Source: Octopus vulgaris
Taxonomy: Eukaryota
DNA length: 64,000 bases
NCBI GenBank assembly: GCA_951406725.2
Contig: OX597822.1
Span: 118,296,001 to 118,360,000 of the forward strand
Direction: 5' to 3'
Made by a program: the position numbers and the translations under genes. Below the pieces are notes generated by a model. That model worked only from the letters and a program-made list of their open reading frames with translations, ran no database searches and was not told the DNA's origin. Of the stretch, positions 39,007-51,851 are shown in pieces (the first letter of the stretch is position 1; each line of letters opens with the position of its first letter).

Positions 39007-39460
39007 GGTGCAGGCATGGTTGTGTAGTAAGAAGTTTGCTTCCCAGCACATGGTTCTGGGTTCAGATCCACTGTCTGACATCTTGGGCAAGTGTCTTCAA
39101 CTATAGCCTCAGGCCAAACAAAGCCTTACGAGTGAATTTGGTAGACAGAAATTGAAAAAGCCCAATTACATATGTATATATATATATTTATGTGTTTGTA
39201 TTTGTGTCTGTGTTTGTCTCCCCACCCCACCACTCGACATCCAGTGCTGTGGTGCTTAAGTCCTTGTAACTTAGCAGTTCATCATAAAAAGCACCCAGAA
39301 CGCTCTGTAGAGTGGCTGGGTACTCTGTAGAGTACCCAGCTTTAAAACAAAAATAAGTGCTGGGGTCAATAAAACAATCAACTAAAAATTCTTCAAGGTG
39401 GTGCCCCAGCATGGCCACAGTCTAATGAGTGAAACAAGCAAAAGATAGAAGATAAAAGAG
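39007..39460 (+). mobile_element. SINE family A with a short foreign insertion
   Basis: Head and tail intact; 39283-39340 replaces part of the body. Confidence 0.8.
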
Positions 39461-39745
39461 TGAACTTCTTCTGAGGCACCATTTCAGTTCTTAGTAGATC
39501 TATTTCACTTTCTTTAACTCTCATGTCTTTGGTAGCAGACTTCAGATGTTTCCTGGTTCACAGCCACCATTAGGCTCATAGATGACTTCATCACAGTTTA
39601 TATAGTTACAGAATCTTCAGTCTATGGATATCATGATCCCTTCTTCCTGCCAGTCATAGAGACTCTGAAAAGGGATCTATCATTGCAGCTACCTTCTCCC
39701 CATCTCTTACAAAATAAAATCTCTCAAAGCGCTAAGCAAAGAATA

Positions 39746-40358
39746 TGAGGTGGGGCTGAAAATTTCTGGGTTTTAGGTAAAAGAAAATACAGGAGGAATC
39801 GGTTAATTAAGATTTTATGCAACACTAGCAGTATCGCCCGGCGTTGCTCGGGTTTGTAAGGGAAATAATTATATAAGCATTTTTAGAGATGTAAAGTATA
39901 ATAGCCATCTCAATATGGCTAACCACAAAGTGGGGTGTTACTGTAGCTTTTTACGTTCTGAGATTTAATAATACATTTTTAGAGAGTTACTTCCCTTATA
40001 TAATAGCAAAAAAATGCATTAAAAATGAGAAAAAATGATGGTAATTTTTCTTTTAAATCGTAGACTCATTGTAGACGCGCGCTAATACCCAGAAGGGCTC
40101 GATATGAATCACGACTATAAAATACCCGGTTTTGGTTAAACTGCACCGCAAAATTTGGGAGTAGTTAGGAATCTAAATCAAAGGAGACAGACACACAACT
40201 TCACTTTTATATATAAAGATATTCCCCTCTCAGATACACACATCTATTGCAGTAGCCCTACAGTTATCCTAAGCCCTCTAAAAGAACTCAGAATGTGGGG
40301 CGTCCAACCAGGCCTTTTGGGATACCCTTAAAGCCAGGAACTTTTCAGCACACCCTCA
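39746..40358. mobile_element. mariner-type MITE interrupted by a Helitron
   Basis: TA-tgaggtggggctgaaaatttctgggtttta ... taaagccaggaacttttcagcacaccctca-TA: about 30-bp TIRs with a TA TSD. Confidence 0.85.
39825..40219 (-). mobile_element. Non-autonomous Helitron, complete
   Basis: Minus strand: A|TCtttatatataaaagtgaagttgtgtgtctgtc ... cccgagcaacgccgggcgatactgCTAG|T. 5'-TC, 3' hairpin plus CTAG, inserted at an AT dinucleotide with no TSD. Confidence 0.9.
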
Positions 40359-41042
40359 TATCTACCCTGCATATTATATGAAGACAAAACCCTTCATTAG
40401 AGATGAAACCATGACTTCCATTTCGTTTTCCTGTTTCTATATTATTTACAAATATTCCATGTAATATAACAGGAAGATATTGATTGCTAATAAATCTTTC
40501 ATGTTATGTATACTAACTTCTTTCATGAAAAGAAAATATCGATTGCTTATATGTGTATTTAATTATGATAATATAGGATAATATTAATAAAATATAAAGA
40601 TCTGAGAAAAGAATACAGCAACTGACTCTGTGACTTTCTAAATTTAGTTTCATTTCATTATAGACTGGGACCATTCTGACTCTACCAAGGTTTTACATCA
40701 ATCATTTTTGTAATGTATGGAATAGGATAGATTTTGTTGGAGCAATTAGTTGACAATTTACTCATTACCTTCCTCACTGCTAACTAAGCACTAATTTAGT
40801 GGCCCAGTAACACATCAGGAAGACAAGACAAGTATTTAAATCAGTGATTCTCAGCCCCTTTTTACCTATGGCCCCCTTTGATTACTGTTTCATTCTGGTG
40901 GACGCTCATAACCATTTGATGTTTAATAAATAGCTTTATAGATATCTTTCAAAATTCCTGTAATGTTTTTTCATAGGTTTACTTGTGTGGGTTTTCAATA
41001 GAACTCACTAAGGAAATGTTTCAGTGGCTGGAAACATGTTAA

Positions 41043-41597
41043 CCCTTCAGCATTTAAATCAACCATATCCAGCCAAAATATTCTACCAGTTTTATATTCA
41101 AACTGACCAGATCTGGCCTCTCACACTTATCTTACAATGTCATTCTAGAAATAAACAATCATGTCATTGAAATCTCAAAGTTACGAGCTAATGCGTAACT
41201 AATTCAAATAAATGTGAATAAATAAGCATTACATTTGATTGAAGGTGTGTGGCTTAGTGGTCAGGGGCATTCAGCTCACAATTGTAAGGTCGTGAGTTCG
41301 ATCCCCAGCGACATGTTGTGTCCTTGAGCAAGACATTTTATTTCACGTTGTCCCAGTCCACTCAGCTGGCAAAAATGAGTTGTACCTGTATTTCAAAGGG
41401 CCAGCCTTGTCTCACTTTGTGTCACGCTGAATCTAACTACGTTAGGGGTACACGTGTCTGTGGATTGCTCAGCCACTTGCACATTAATTTCACGAGCAGG
41501 CTGTTCTTTTGATCGTATCAGCTGGGACCCTCGTCGTCATAACCGGCAGAGTGCTCCTAAAAGAAGCATTTGATAGAGTAATCTGAATGTTAAAGGG
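41043..41597. mobile_element. piggyBac-type MITE with a nested SINE
   Basis: TTAA-cccttcagcatt ... aatgttaaaggg-tttg. Internal sequence is the reverse complement of 29585-29800. It follows a hAT-like end (cagtgattctca) at 40842. Confidence 0.7.
41242..41557 (+). mobile_element. tRNA-derived SINE family D
   Basis: A-box TGGCTTAGTGG, B-box GTTCGATCCCC, then tgtgtccttgagcaagac. Confidence 0.8.
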
Positions 41598-41671
41598 TTT
41601 GACTATGTAAAACATTTGAGAAAGTAATGTTGTTGTTTTTTGGGATATATACATATAAAAGCAAAATTTAG

Positions 41672-41852
41672 GGGAAGAGGTAAGTTGATTACATTGACCC
41701 CAGAACTTGATTGGTACTTATTTTATTGATTCCCTGAAAGGATGAAAAGCAAAGTCGACCTCAGCAGAATTTGAACTCATAACATAAAGACAGACAAAAT
41801 ACCACTAAGTATTATGCCCAGCATGCTAACGATTCTGCCAGCTTGCTGCCCT
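41672..41852 (-). mobile_element. SINE family B
   Basis: gaaaggatgaaaagcaaagtcgacctcagcagaatttgaactca...gctaacgattctgccagct. Confidence 0.75.
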
Positions 41853-41979
41853 GAATGCTCTATATGTTAAATATTATTAATTATTTACTTATCTGTATAT
41901 TTGTCAATCCATCTCACTATTTATTGAGTAAGACTTCTCAAGTGCCTTGTATTATGTTGACATTAACTTACTAATTTAT

Positions 41980-42019
<40 letters not shown>

Positions 42020-42917
42020 TGATTTGTCTACCACACCACATATTTATTTAAGGTAGCTTTTTAAAGTTCTCTGTATTAAATATACTTGCCTATTATTTTT
42101 CATGTAGATGGCATCTCTAAATTATTTATTCTTTATACTGTTATATTTTCCTACAATGCTATAAACTCAATCATATAAATTACTTCCTTTAGTAACACCA
42201 ACAATTCGTCTTCATCATGATCATCATCATCATTATTCAACATCCGTTTTCCATGCAGGCATGGGTTGAACAGTTCAATGGGTACTGTTGAACCAGAGGA
42301 ATGTACCATGTTCCAATGTCTGCTTTAGAATGGTTCCTACAGCTAGATATCTCTCCAAATGCCAACCACTTTATAGAGTACTGGCTGCTTTTGTTCATGG
42401 AACCATCACTTAGGATGGGTGATAGGAAAGTTATCCAGCTGTAGAAAATCCACTTCAATGAATTCAGTCTGACCTATGCAAGCATGGAGAAGTGGATGTT
42501 AAGCTTTCATTATTCATTACTGACGAAAATCATACTTTCAAACCATTTGTATATTTCTGTTTTTTAAGGCGTTTTCTGTTAAACATGTTAACACTAGTTT
42601 TTCTATCTGTTTCACCAAATATTTACATCTAATCAGGGTTTTTTTTTTCAATGTCCCATACATTAAATATTTTAACACTAAACTTGCCTTCTGCTTGCTG
42701 TCATGGTTAACTGGTTAGCAAGAGAAAAAGAGTCATCCAAGTGTAAAAAAACTATTGTTGTAAAATCACTGGCCTACTTAAGCTGTTAGGAGGAAATGAA
42801 TGTAAAATAGCCAAAAATAACATTATTTATTCTTCTGTTATCATCACCATCATCATCATCTTCATCATCATCAATATTATGAATATCATCACCATTATTA
42901 TTGTTGTTGTTGCTGTT

Positions 42918-43422
42918 AGGGTAGTGAGCTGGCAGAATCATTAGCAATCTGAACAAAATGCTTAGTGGTATGTCATCCATCTTCACATTCTGAGTTCAAA
43001 TTCTGCTGAGGTTGACTTTGCCTTTCAGCCTTTCAGAGTCGATAAATTAAGTACCAGTTGTGCACTGGGGTCGATTATCCCCCTCCCCCAAATATTAGGC
43101 CTTGTGCCTATAGTTTAAAAGATAATTATTATTATTATTATATTACTACTACTACTAAGGCAATGAGCTAGCAGAATTGCTAGTGCACAGGAGTAAATGT
43201 TGAGGGGCATTTCGTCTGTCTTTATGTTCTGTGTTCAAATTCCACCAAAGTCAATTTTGCCTTTTATTCTTTTGGGGTCAATAAATTAAGTACCAGTGAA
43301 GCACAGGGATTGATGTGATCAAGTTAACCCCTACCCCAAAATTTCAGGCCTTGTGCCTTTAGTAGAAAGTATTATGATTATGATTATTATTATTACTACT
43401 ACTACGACTACTACTACTACTG

Positions 43423-43476
<54 letters not shown>

Positions 43477-43692
43477 TTGTTTAGGCTGTGAGCTATTGCT
43501 TAGTGGACCAGAGAAGATGCTTAATGGCGTTTTGTCCAACTTTACATTCTGAATTCAAATACAGTCAAGGTCAATTTTGTCTTTCGTCCTTTCAGGGACG
43601 GTAAAATATGTACCAGTTGCGTACTGGGGTCAATGTAAATGATTTACCCTTCAACCAAAAATTGCTGGCCTGGTGCCAAATTTTGAAATTAT
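42918..43692 (+). mobile_element. Three tandem SINE family B copies separated by (ATT)n/(ACT)n
   Basis: Heads at about 42918, 43158 and 43483, each followed by the family core and a simple-repeat tail. Confidence 0.8.
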
Positions 43693-43802
43693 TGTGTTTT
43701 TTTTTTGTTTTTTGTTTTTTGTTTTTTGTTTTTTTGATGTATTGTATTTTCTTCATAATATTCTATTGCATTCTATTGATTTCGTTTTGTATTTCCTTCC
43801 AG

Positions 43803-44089
43803 CTCTCAGCACGACGGTAGCACTGATAATATTCCCTGTTGCCATAGAACATGACTTAAAGCTGTTATCCCATCACTACGGAACGGGCTATGGTCTCGGA
43901 TGGGGGGGAACTATATTCTTTTTTGCCGCAGCCCTTTGTATGAGTCTTGATGATATTGTCCGAGAGTCTTCCACATCTATCTGCTGCACTCTTTGCATGG
44001 GAAGTAGCAACCAGAATCAGTGTAGGAGGGGTGGCGGAGGTAGAGGACATCCATTGGGTCACCATCAAACAGAGCTGCAGCAAGTCTGA
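43803..44089 (+). CDS. Terminal coding exon (end of TM3, ECL2, TM4, cytoplasmic tail) of the TMEM47/PERP-like gene
   Basis: Acceptor tttccttccAG (43801-02), phase 1. Encodes (A)[48 protein letters not shown]...TELQQV, stop TGA at 44087-89. [11 protein letters not shown] resembles the TMEM47 TM4 motif GYGLAWGATIF (recalled). Confidence 0.92.
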
Positions 44090-44151
44090 CCCCCCCATCG
44101 AACCCTTGGCCCTTACCACAGTTGATACTACCAACAGCTATGATTCATCAT

Positions 44152-44157
44152 AATAAA
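44152..44157 (+). promoter_or_regulatory. Candidate proximal polyadenylation signal AATAAA
   Basis: First AATAAA, about 60 nt after the stop codon. The hexamer is common in AT-rich DNA, so support is weak. Confidence 0.25.
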
Positions 44158-44169
44158 CACATAAAATAT

Positions 44170-44217
44170 ATACATGCACATATATATATATATATATATA
44201 CACATATATATATATAT

Positions 44218-44312
<95 letters not shown>

Positions 44313-44561
44313 ATATAATATAATATAATATATATACCAATGAGGATAACAGGAAGCAGAAAATGAAGAAAATTTTTTCCACTGTTCCAGTGAAATATAC
44401 TCTATGACATATGGTGAAGGAGAAAAGAAAGAATAAAAGAAGAAGGAAACAGAAGAAAGAATAAACAATGTTAAAACAAAACAAACAACAAACAATGACA
44501 GAACACAAGCTCCATATACAGGCACCTATGTACGTGTATATATATATATATATATACACAC

Positions 44562-44614
<53 letters not shown>

Positions 44615-44636
44615 TAATATATATTATATACATATA

Positions 44637-44683
<47 letters not shown>

Positions 44684-44927
44684 TATTATATAATATATAT
44701 ATTATATAATATATAATATAATATATATATATACATATATATAGGTAATATATATAATATAATATATATATATATATATAATATATATATAATATATATA
44801 ATATAATATATAATATATATATATATATATGTAATATATATATAATATATATAATATAATATATATATATATATATATATATTTATGTAATATATATATA
44901 TATAACATGTATATATATAACATATAA

Positions 44928-44969
<42 letters not shown>

Positions 44970-44975
44970 GCATAT
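44170..44975. repeat. (TA)n and degenerate TA-rich tracts downstream of the stop codon
   Basis: Pure and interrupted TA repeats. Confidence 0.9.
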
Positions 44976-45858
44976 ATATAATGTGTGTGTGCTTTTTTAT
45001 GTGTGGGAGTGTATGTATGTGCATATGTGTGAGGAGGAACGAGGACATGTGTTTGTGTGAATGTGCTTTGTGCTTCTATCAAGGAAAATTGTGATCAGAT
45101 GTGATAAAAAACAAAAAAATATAAAACATGCATATATATATACATGTATAAGTTCAAGTGTATGAATTTGCTCTCACACTTTTTTTACCTATATATCTCT
45201 CCCTCTCTTTCTCACACTCCATGTATAATATGTGTGTGTGTGTACATGTCAGTATCAAAATGAGTGCAAAGAATATTTAACACGTGTAGCAGAGTGTCTT
45301 CATTCATTTAACCACAGGTAATGCTTTGCCAAATTGCTAAACAAAGTCTCTAATTGCATGGACATTTCGAGTGACCTAAATTAATGTCCACATAATTAGA
45401 AAAGCTCAGAGCAGTAGTAACAGGGTTAAAATTTACTTGAAATGTGCAAATGTGTGCTTGTGCATATATATATATATATGTATATATATGTATGTATGTA
45501 TGTATATGTGTGTATGCATATGTACACAAATATGCATATCTATACACACATGATGTTATATCTATACCTATATCCATCTATTTATCTATCTATCTAATTA
45601 TCTATTTATCAATCTATCCATCAATCTATCAAATTATCTTTCTATCTATATATATATATGTCTCTCTCTCTATATATATATATATATTATTTATATATTT
45701 TGTTTTCTGTAATAAATTGCACTTTGTGTTCAAATCACTGGTGTCCACCACATCTTAGAGTGGAAACAGTGGTAAGCTAATGGAGTTCCTAAGATTATCG
45801 GTTGTTCTTTCGTCATCCCCTTTCTGATAAATGCACACACACACACACACACACACAT

Positions 45859-45901
<43 letters not shown>

Positions 45902-46680
45902 CTTGCATAAAAACATATATATCTACATACACATATAGATATGTATCTAATATAATATACATATATATAAACATATCAAATATATATAATTATAAATAGA
46001 TTAGGGTGTATATGTGTGGGGGTGTACAGACAGATAGACAGACAGACAGATAGATAGATAGATAGATAGACAGACAGACGGATAGATAGATAGGTGGGTA
46101 GGTGGGTAGGTAGGTATGTAGGTATGTAGGTAGGTAGGTAGGTAGGTAGGTAGGTAGGTAGGTTGGTAGGTAGGTAGGTAGGTAGGTAGGTAGGTAGGTA
46201 GGTAGGTAGGTAGGTAGGTAGGTATAAATTTAAGAATATTTTCTTGACATAAATCAAAATATATATCAATAGATTTTGCACATCACAGCAAAATGATGGT
46301 TTTGCAAAATGTATACATGTTGATCATTGATTGAAAAATGAATCACATGAGAACATGTGTGTGTGTGTGTATATATATGCATAAACGTACATATATGCAT
46401 AAGTACATAAATACATAAATACATACATACACACATACATACACACATACATACAGACATACATACACACATACATACAGATATGTATATATGTGTGTGT
46501 GTGTGTGTGTGTGTAAGCATCAGAAATAAGTGCGGCAACTAATATAAGCTTTGAATAAATAATGTTATACAATTCAATCTAGCAGTAATCAGTACTAGTT
46601 TCATTTATTTGTAATTTGCATCAGTTGTAGATTCACCATGCACCATATATATATACATACACATATATACATACATATAT

Positions 46681-46713
<33 letters not shown>

Positions 46714-46718
46714 TATAT

Positions 46719-46856
46719 ATACAAACTTGCAGACATACATATATGCATGCATACATGTATACATACACATCAGTATATATATATATATATATATATATAT
46801 ACTGATGTGTATGTATACATGTATGCATGCATATATGTATGTCTGCAAGTTTGTAT
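46719..46856. repeat. 138-bp perfect palindrome centred on (TA)14
   Basis: The 55-bp arms are exact reverse complements, checked base by base, and the centre is self-complementary. Confidence 0.92.
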
Positions 46857-47488
46857 GTATCTATGTATATATGTATGTATGCATATGTCATATGTATATA
46901 TAAACATACACTAGTAAAGTGAGACAGGAAAATGAAAGGGAATTAAATGCTGAAGGAGAGCATTTCAAAAAGGAAGAGCAAGATCCAAAGGTCAGTGTTA
47001 GCAATATTGAAAGAGATACAAACATGAGAAAGAGGCAGGGGATGCAGGGACGATAGTATATTGTAATAGTATTACTTGATGTATTTTACAGTATTGGATC
47101 ATGCAGTGATATAAACAATAAAGGGGAAAATCTCTAGAAAAATATTAAGTTTACTTGTACGAGATGTTGGTGGTAATAAGGATTATGTGTTTGAGTGTGT
47201 GTGTATCAGCTTATGTGTACCAGTATGTGCATGTATGTATGTTTATGTAATATATATATATATATATTAATTAAAGAGCACAGTATTATGTATATCGGTT
47301 ATGTCTGATATTTCCTATCAGTTTTGCACCAGGGGTTCAATGGAGTATTAGGTAACAGTCTGATTATGTAACCCTACACTCTTCAGAGATGGTAGTTATG
47401 GAAGGAAATACAGTGACTGTTTTCTATTGTTGGCATTGAAAAGACACACCTGGTTTGTTATTATATATGTATACATACATACATACAT

Positions 47489-47551
<63 letters not shown>

Positions 47552-48139
47552 TATTTATGTGTGTGTGTATCTATATATATGCATATGTATGCATGTATAT
47601 ATATATATATATATTTATTTATTTATTGATTTATTTATCAATGTTTGTTTTTATGTTGTTGAGCTATAATAAAAACAATACTACGTTAAGCTGAAGGATT
47701 ACTCAATACTCTTTTATGCAGAATATATATTTACTATACTTTTACAAGAAGAATGATGATAGTTTCTTAGATGTTTTGGGTTGCTTGACTTCACTGAAGG
47801 CTTCATATACATGTGTAACACACACAGACACAGTCTCTCCTCAGTTATTCAAAATAGATGATTTGCCAGATGCTTACAAGTAATAATTTCCTTAGCAGTA
47901 ATTTACATAACTAAAAACTGGAAATTTAATATAATCAGTAAACAGCTACGGACTGTAGGAACTAATGGTATTCTTAATATATTAGATTGAAGATAAACTG
48001 ATCAGTTTTCCGACATTCATAATTGTGAGTAATGATGTACGGATACCAACCTTACACTACACACACTCTCCCATAGATACTTATATACACATATATATAA
48101 ATACTTGTGTGTGTGTATGTGTATATATGTATATGTGTG

Positions 48140-48316
48140 CACATAAAAAGCACCCACAACACTCTTGGAATTGTTGGCATTAGGAAGCGCATCCAGCAGT
48201 AGAAACCATGGCAAATCAGAATGAAACTTGGTGCAGCTCTCCAACTTACCAATTTTCAGTCAAATCATCGAACCCATGCCAGCATGGAAAACAGACATTA
48301 AATGATGAGGATGATG
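48140..48316 (+). mobile_element. SINE family C
   Basis: acataaaaagcaccc...ttggcattaggaagcgcatccagc...aacccatgccagcatggaaa...ttaaatgatgaggatgat. Confidence 0.7.
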
Positions 48317-48363
48317 TAAGTCTATGTATATATATATATATATATATATGTAAGTCTATGTTC

Positions 48364-48422
<59 letters not shown>

Positions 48423-48481
48423 TAGATATAGATATATATATATTTATATATATATACATATATATGTATATGTATATATGC

Positions 48482-48531
<50 letters not shown>

Positions 48532-48588
48532 ATACATATATGCATATATCCATGTATATATATATATGTGTGTATATATATATATGTA

Positions 48589-48639
<51 letters not shown>

Positions 48640-49318
48640 GTATATACATACATACATACATACATACATACATACCCCATCCCATACACAGACACATATA
48701 TCTGCCTTCAAAAGACATAGGCACATATATCTTTGTGTATATATATTTATGTAATCTCTCTAAGTGTTATGCCACAACCAATATTTTTTCCAATTTTCTT
48801 TCTCCTTTCTATTTTATGATATTATCAGTTATTTTGATTAACAAGTGAAAACCTACAAATGTAACATCTGCAGAAACCAATGAAAAACAAGCATTCATTA
48901 CATATCCTTATTGGGTAAGGAATATTTCCTCCAACATAACGAAAACCAACAAACTAACTGAGAGATGAACTAAACATGATTCTAATGAACTAAGTTTGAT
49001 TCTTCCTGTTTTCAAATTTTGCTGTGATTTACATCGTATTTGACCCAACTTGTAGAATTTACCTTCGTTTTTAACTCTGTAAGAAATTACTAACATGAGC
49101 ATTGATGTTTAGTAAAAGACAAGTTTGCTTTTCTTTAACAGAAAATATTCACTTTAAAATGCATCACCTAGAATGGAATATAGAAATTTTCTTCACTGCT
49201 CTATATATATCAAACGTATTCATATCATGACCTGTATAGGCTAGAATAAGTATAATTGTGTTTAACTGATTGCTCTGGAAATACTTGTTAGGTCAGTGTA
49301 ATCTATCTATCTATCTAT

Positions 49319-49415
<97 letters not shown>

Positions 49416-49565
49416 CAATGATGATGACGATGATATATAGTTAAAAATTATAGAAAAACAAAGACAAAGACAGGTATAGGAACAACAAACAAATCTATTG
49501 AGTTCAGTGGTCCAGCATGGCGAATATATATGTACACACATATATATACATATATATATATATAT

Positions 49566-49618
<53 letters not shown>

Positions 49619-49797
49619 CAGACAGACACACATAGATAGATACATATGTGTATATATGTGTGTGTGTGTGTGTATATATATGTATATATATATATATACA
49701 TACACCCATGTGTATGTGTGTGTGTTTATTTTTATGTTATGTCATAAAAAATTAAACAAAGGAGGATTGTTATGTGTCTGTATGTATGTACATGTGC

Positions 49798-49860
<63 letters not shown>

Positions 49861-51134
49861 GGTGTAAAAACATTTACCATGTGTTTTGTACCTATTTTTA
49901 TGTAGGTGTGCTAGTTGACGAGATTTGCTAAATTTGCCCTGTTTCACTGAGTATGTTATTGAACTAAACTCATCTTATTGAACAATGTGCGATAAAAAAA
50001 CCTCTGATTCACCATTCTTGATAAATATTTCGACAATAAATGCATGGTATGCACTGGTACAAACCATGATGGTAACTAATAAAAAAAAAACAATAAAGCA
50101 TTAGCCATATAAAGAGACCTCTACTACTTGCTTATCTTCACTAGCGCCACCCCACTGGCCGTGTAAAATATAGGAGGTTTTCCTGTCGCACTCTGTGTAT
50201 CAAATAATAATTTTTCCTTCTTTTATCCTCTTTGCATTGCTCATGTCAATGTGAGACAAGGTGTTGTACTGAAAGGTCGGGAATAGGAATCAAATTATCT
50301 GGAAATGTTTTAGAGACATTTTATCCAGAAGAAGAATATCACACACACCTGCTTATCTTGTTATGATTTTGGAATGATGAAAGGTCAATAAAACCATATC
50401 AGTGTTTGACTCCAGTGTTAAAATCTGAAACAAACCAATTTAAATATTCAATTAGTCTAATACAGTGGTCCACAATTAACATCCAGTTGTTTTGTTTTTG
50501 TTTATTTTCGTTTGTTTTCTGGTTTGTTTGTTTTGTTTTGTTTTGGGGTATTTTTTTTTTTTGCATTTTGTTTTGTTTTTATGCAAATATTGTGCCATTG
50601 TGAGCAACTGTTACGTTCTGAATGGTCAAAGGAGTAAATTTAAAATTGAAATATCAACACCAAAGTCTGAGAGATATTCTTTAATTTCTATTGCCATTTA
50701 CACAAAAAAAAGCTTCTGTGCCAAGAAATGGTTGTTGTTATTGTTTATTAATGCTTTTTGTATTTTTGGTGTGGCTTTTTTTTTTTATTGTAGCTGGTGT
50801 TATTGTTGTTGTTGTTGTTGTTGTTATTGCAACACCTATTCCTTTTCTGTGTGTGCCTTGCCCACTTGAGGCTTTTCAGCTCAGCACTGTATGCCCTTGA
50901 AAAGATCCTTTAAATAGGAGTGGTGAAACTCTACGTAAGTCATTTAAACTGTAAGAAATAGACACTAAACCTCACTCAAATCTATCCCTAACCTCCACCC
51001 CTCTGTCTTAAACAAGGAAAGACACATTGGTTAATGTGGTGCTAGATAACCCTTAAAAAATAATGGGATGGTCTTGACTGGAGTGTTTTTGGTCATAGAT
51101 CTCATTCAGACATTACCTAGGGTTATACAGCAGC

Positions 51135-51172
<38 letters not shown>

Positions 51173-51540
51173 AAACAATTAGCTCTAAGGTGAAGCACAG
51201 ACATAACCAATCCGCTCCCTGTTCTGTGGTACAATGACTAACCAATCAGTAAGTAACAGTTGACCATCAACCTAGATTATTGCAACAACAATGGCAGTGA
51301 TTATTGAGTAAACCACAGCCACAAATCTATAGTGGAATGGAATGAGATTATGTGACATTCATACCTTTCTCAAAATCTTTAGAGGCATTTGGAAACTAAA
51401 TGGATTTCCATGGATAATTAAGTTTACCAGTAGTTTAATGATTATCGTAAATGTCAACAAACACATTAGTAAGATCTTTCCAGTTCAACTTATTACTACA
51501 CAGTTTATAGTACAATGATGAAAATACCATTAATAACATC

Positions 51541-51578
<38 letters not shown>

Positions 51579-51639
51579 TGATGATGATGATGATAATAAT
51601 TATAATAACAAGCTACTAATTTTCTTACATTTTGACAGA

Positions 51640-51802
51640 CATTCTCTGGAACAATGCTATGTACAAAACCAAATATATGGCACCTTAGTCATAACACCAA
51701 CATGAACTTCTAACTTGTTGTCTCTTGAAGTCGCTGGGTGAGACTTGGAGTCAACAAATACAAAGCAAAAACCAAATATATAATAAAAGTAATAATAATA
51801 AC

Positions 51803-51850
<48 letters not shown>
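51640..51850 (+). mobile_element. 3' end of a (TAA)n-tailed non-LTR retroelement
   Basis: aatatggcacc.tagtcataacaccaac.tgaacttctaacttgttgtctcttgaagtcgctgggtgagacttgga recurs at 55200-55320. Both copies sit among (TAA)n repeats. Confidence 0.65.

Positions 51851-51851
<1 letters not shown>

Noticed and set aside
47335-47392. Minus-strand CTGAAGA followed by a long stem, as another hammerhead
   Set aside because: No GAAA follows the stem.
50141-50160. CTCF-like motif (minus strand ggccagtggggtggcgctag)
   Set aside because: Needs a one-base gap to fit the CCASYAGRKGGCRS consensus; a single motif is not supportable without ChIP data.
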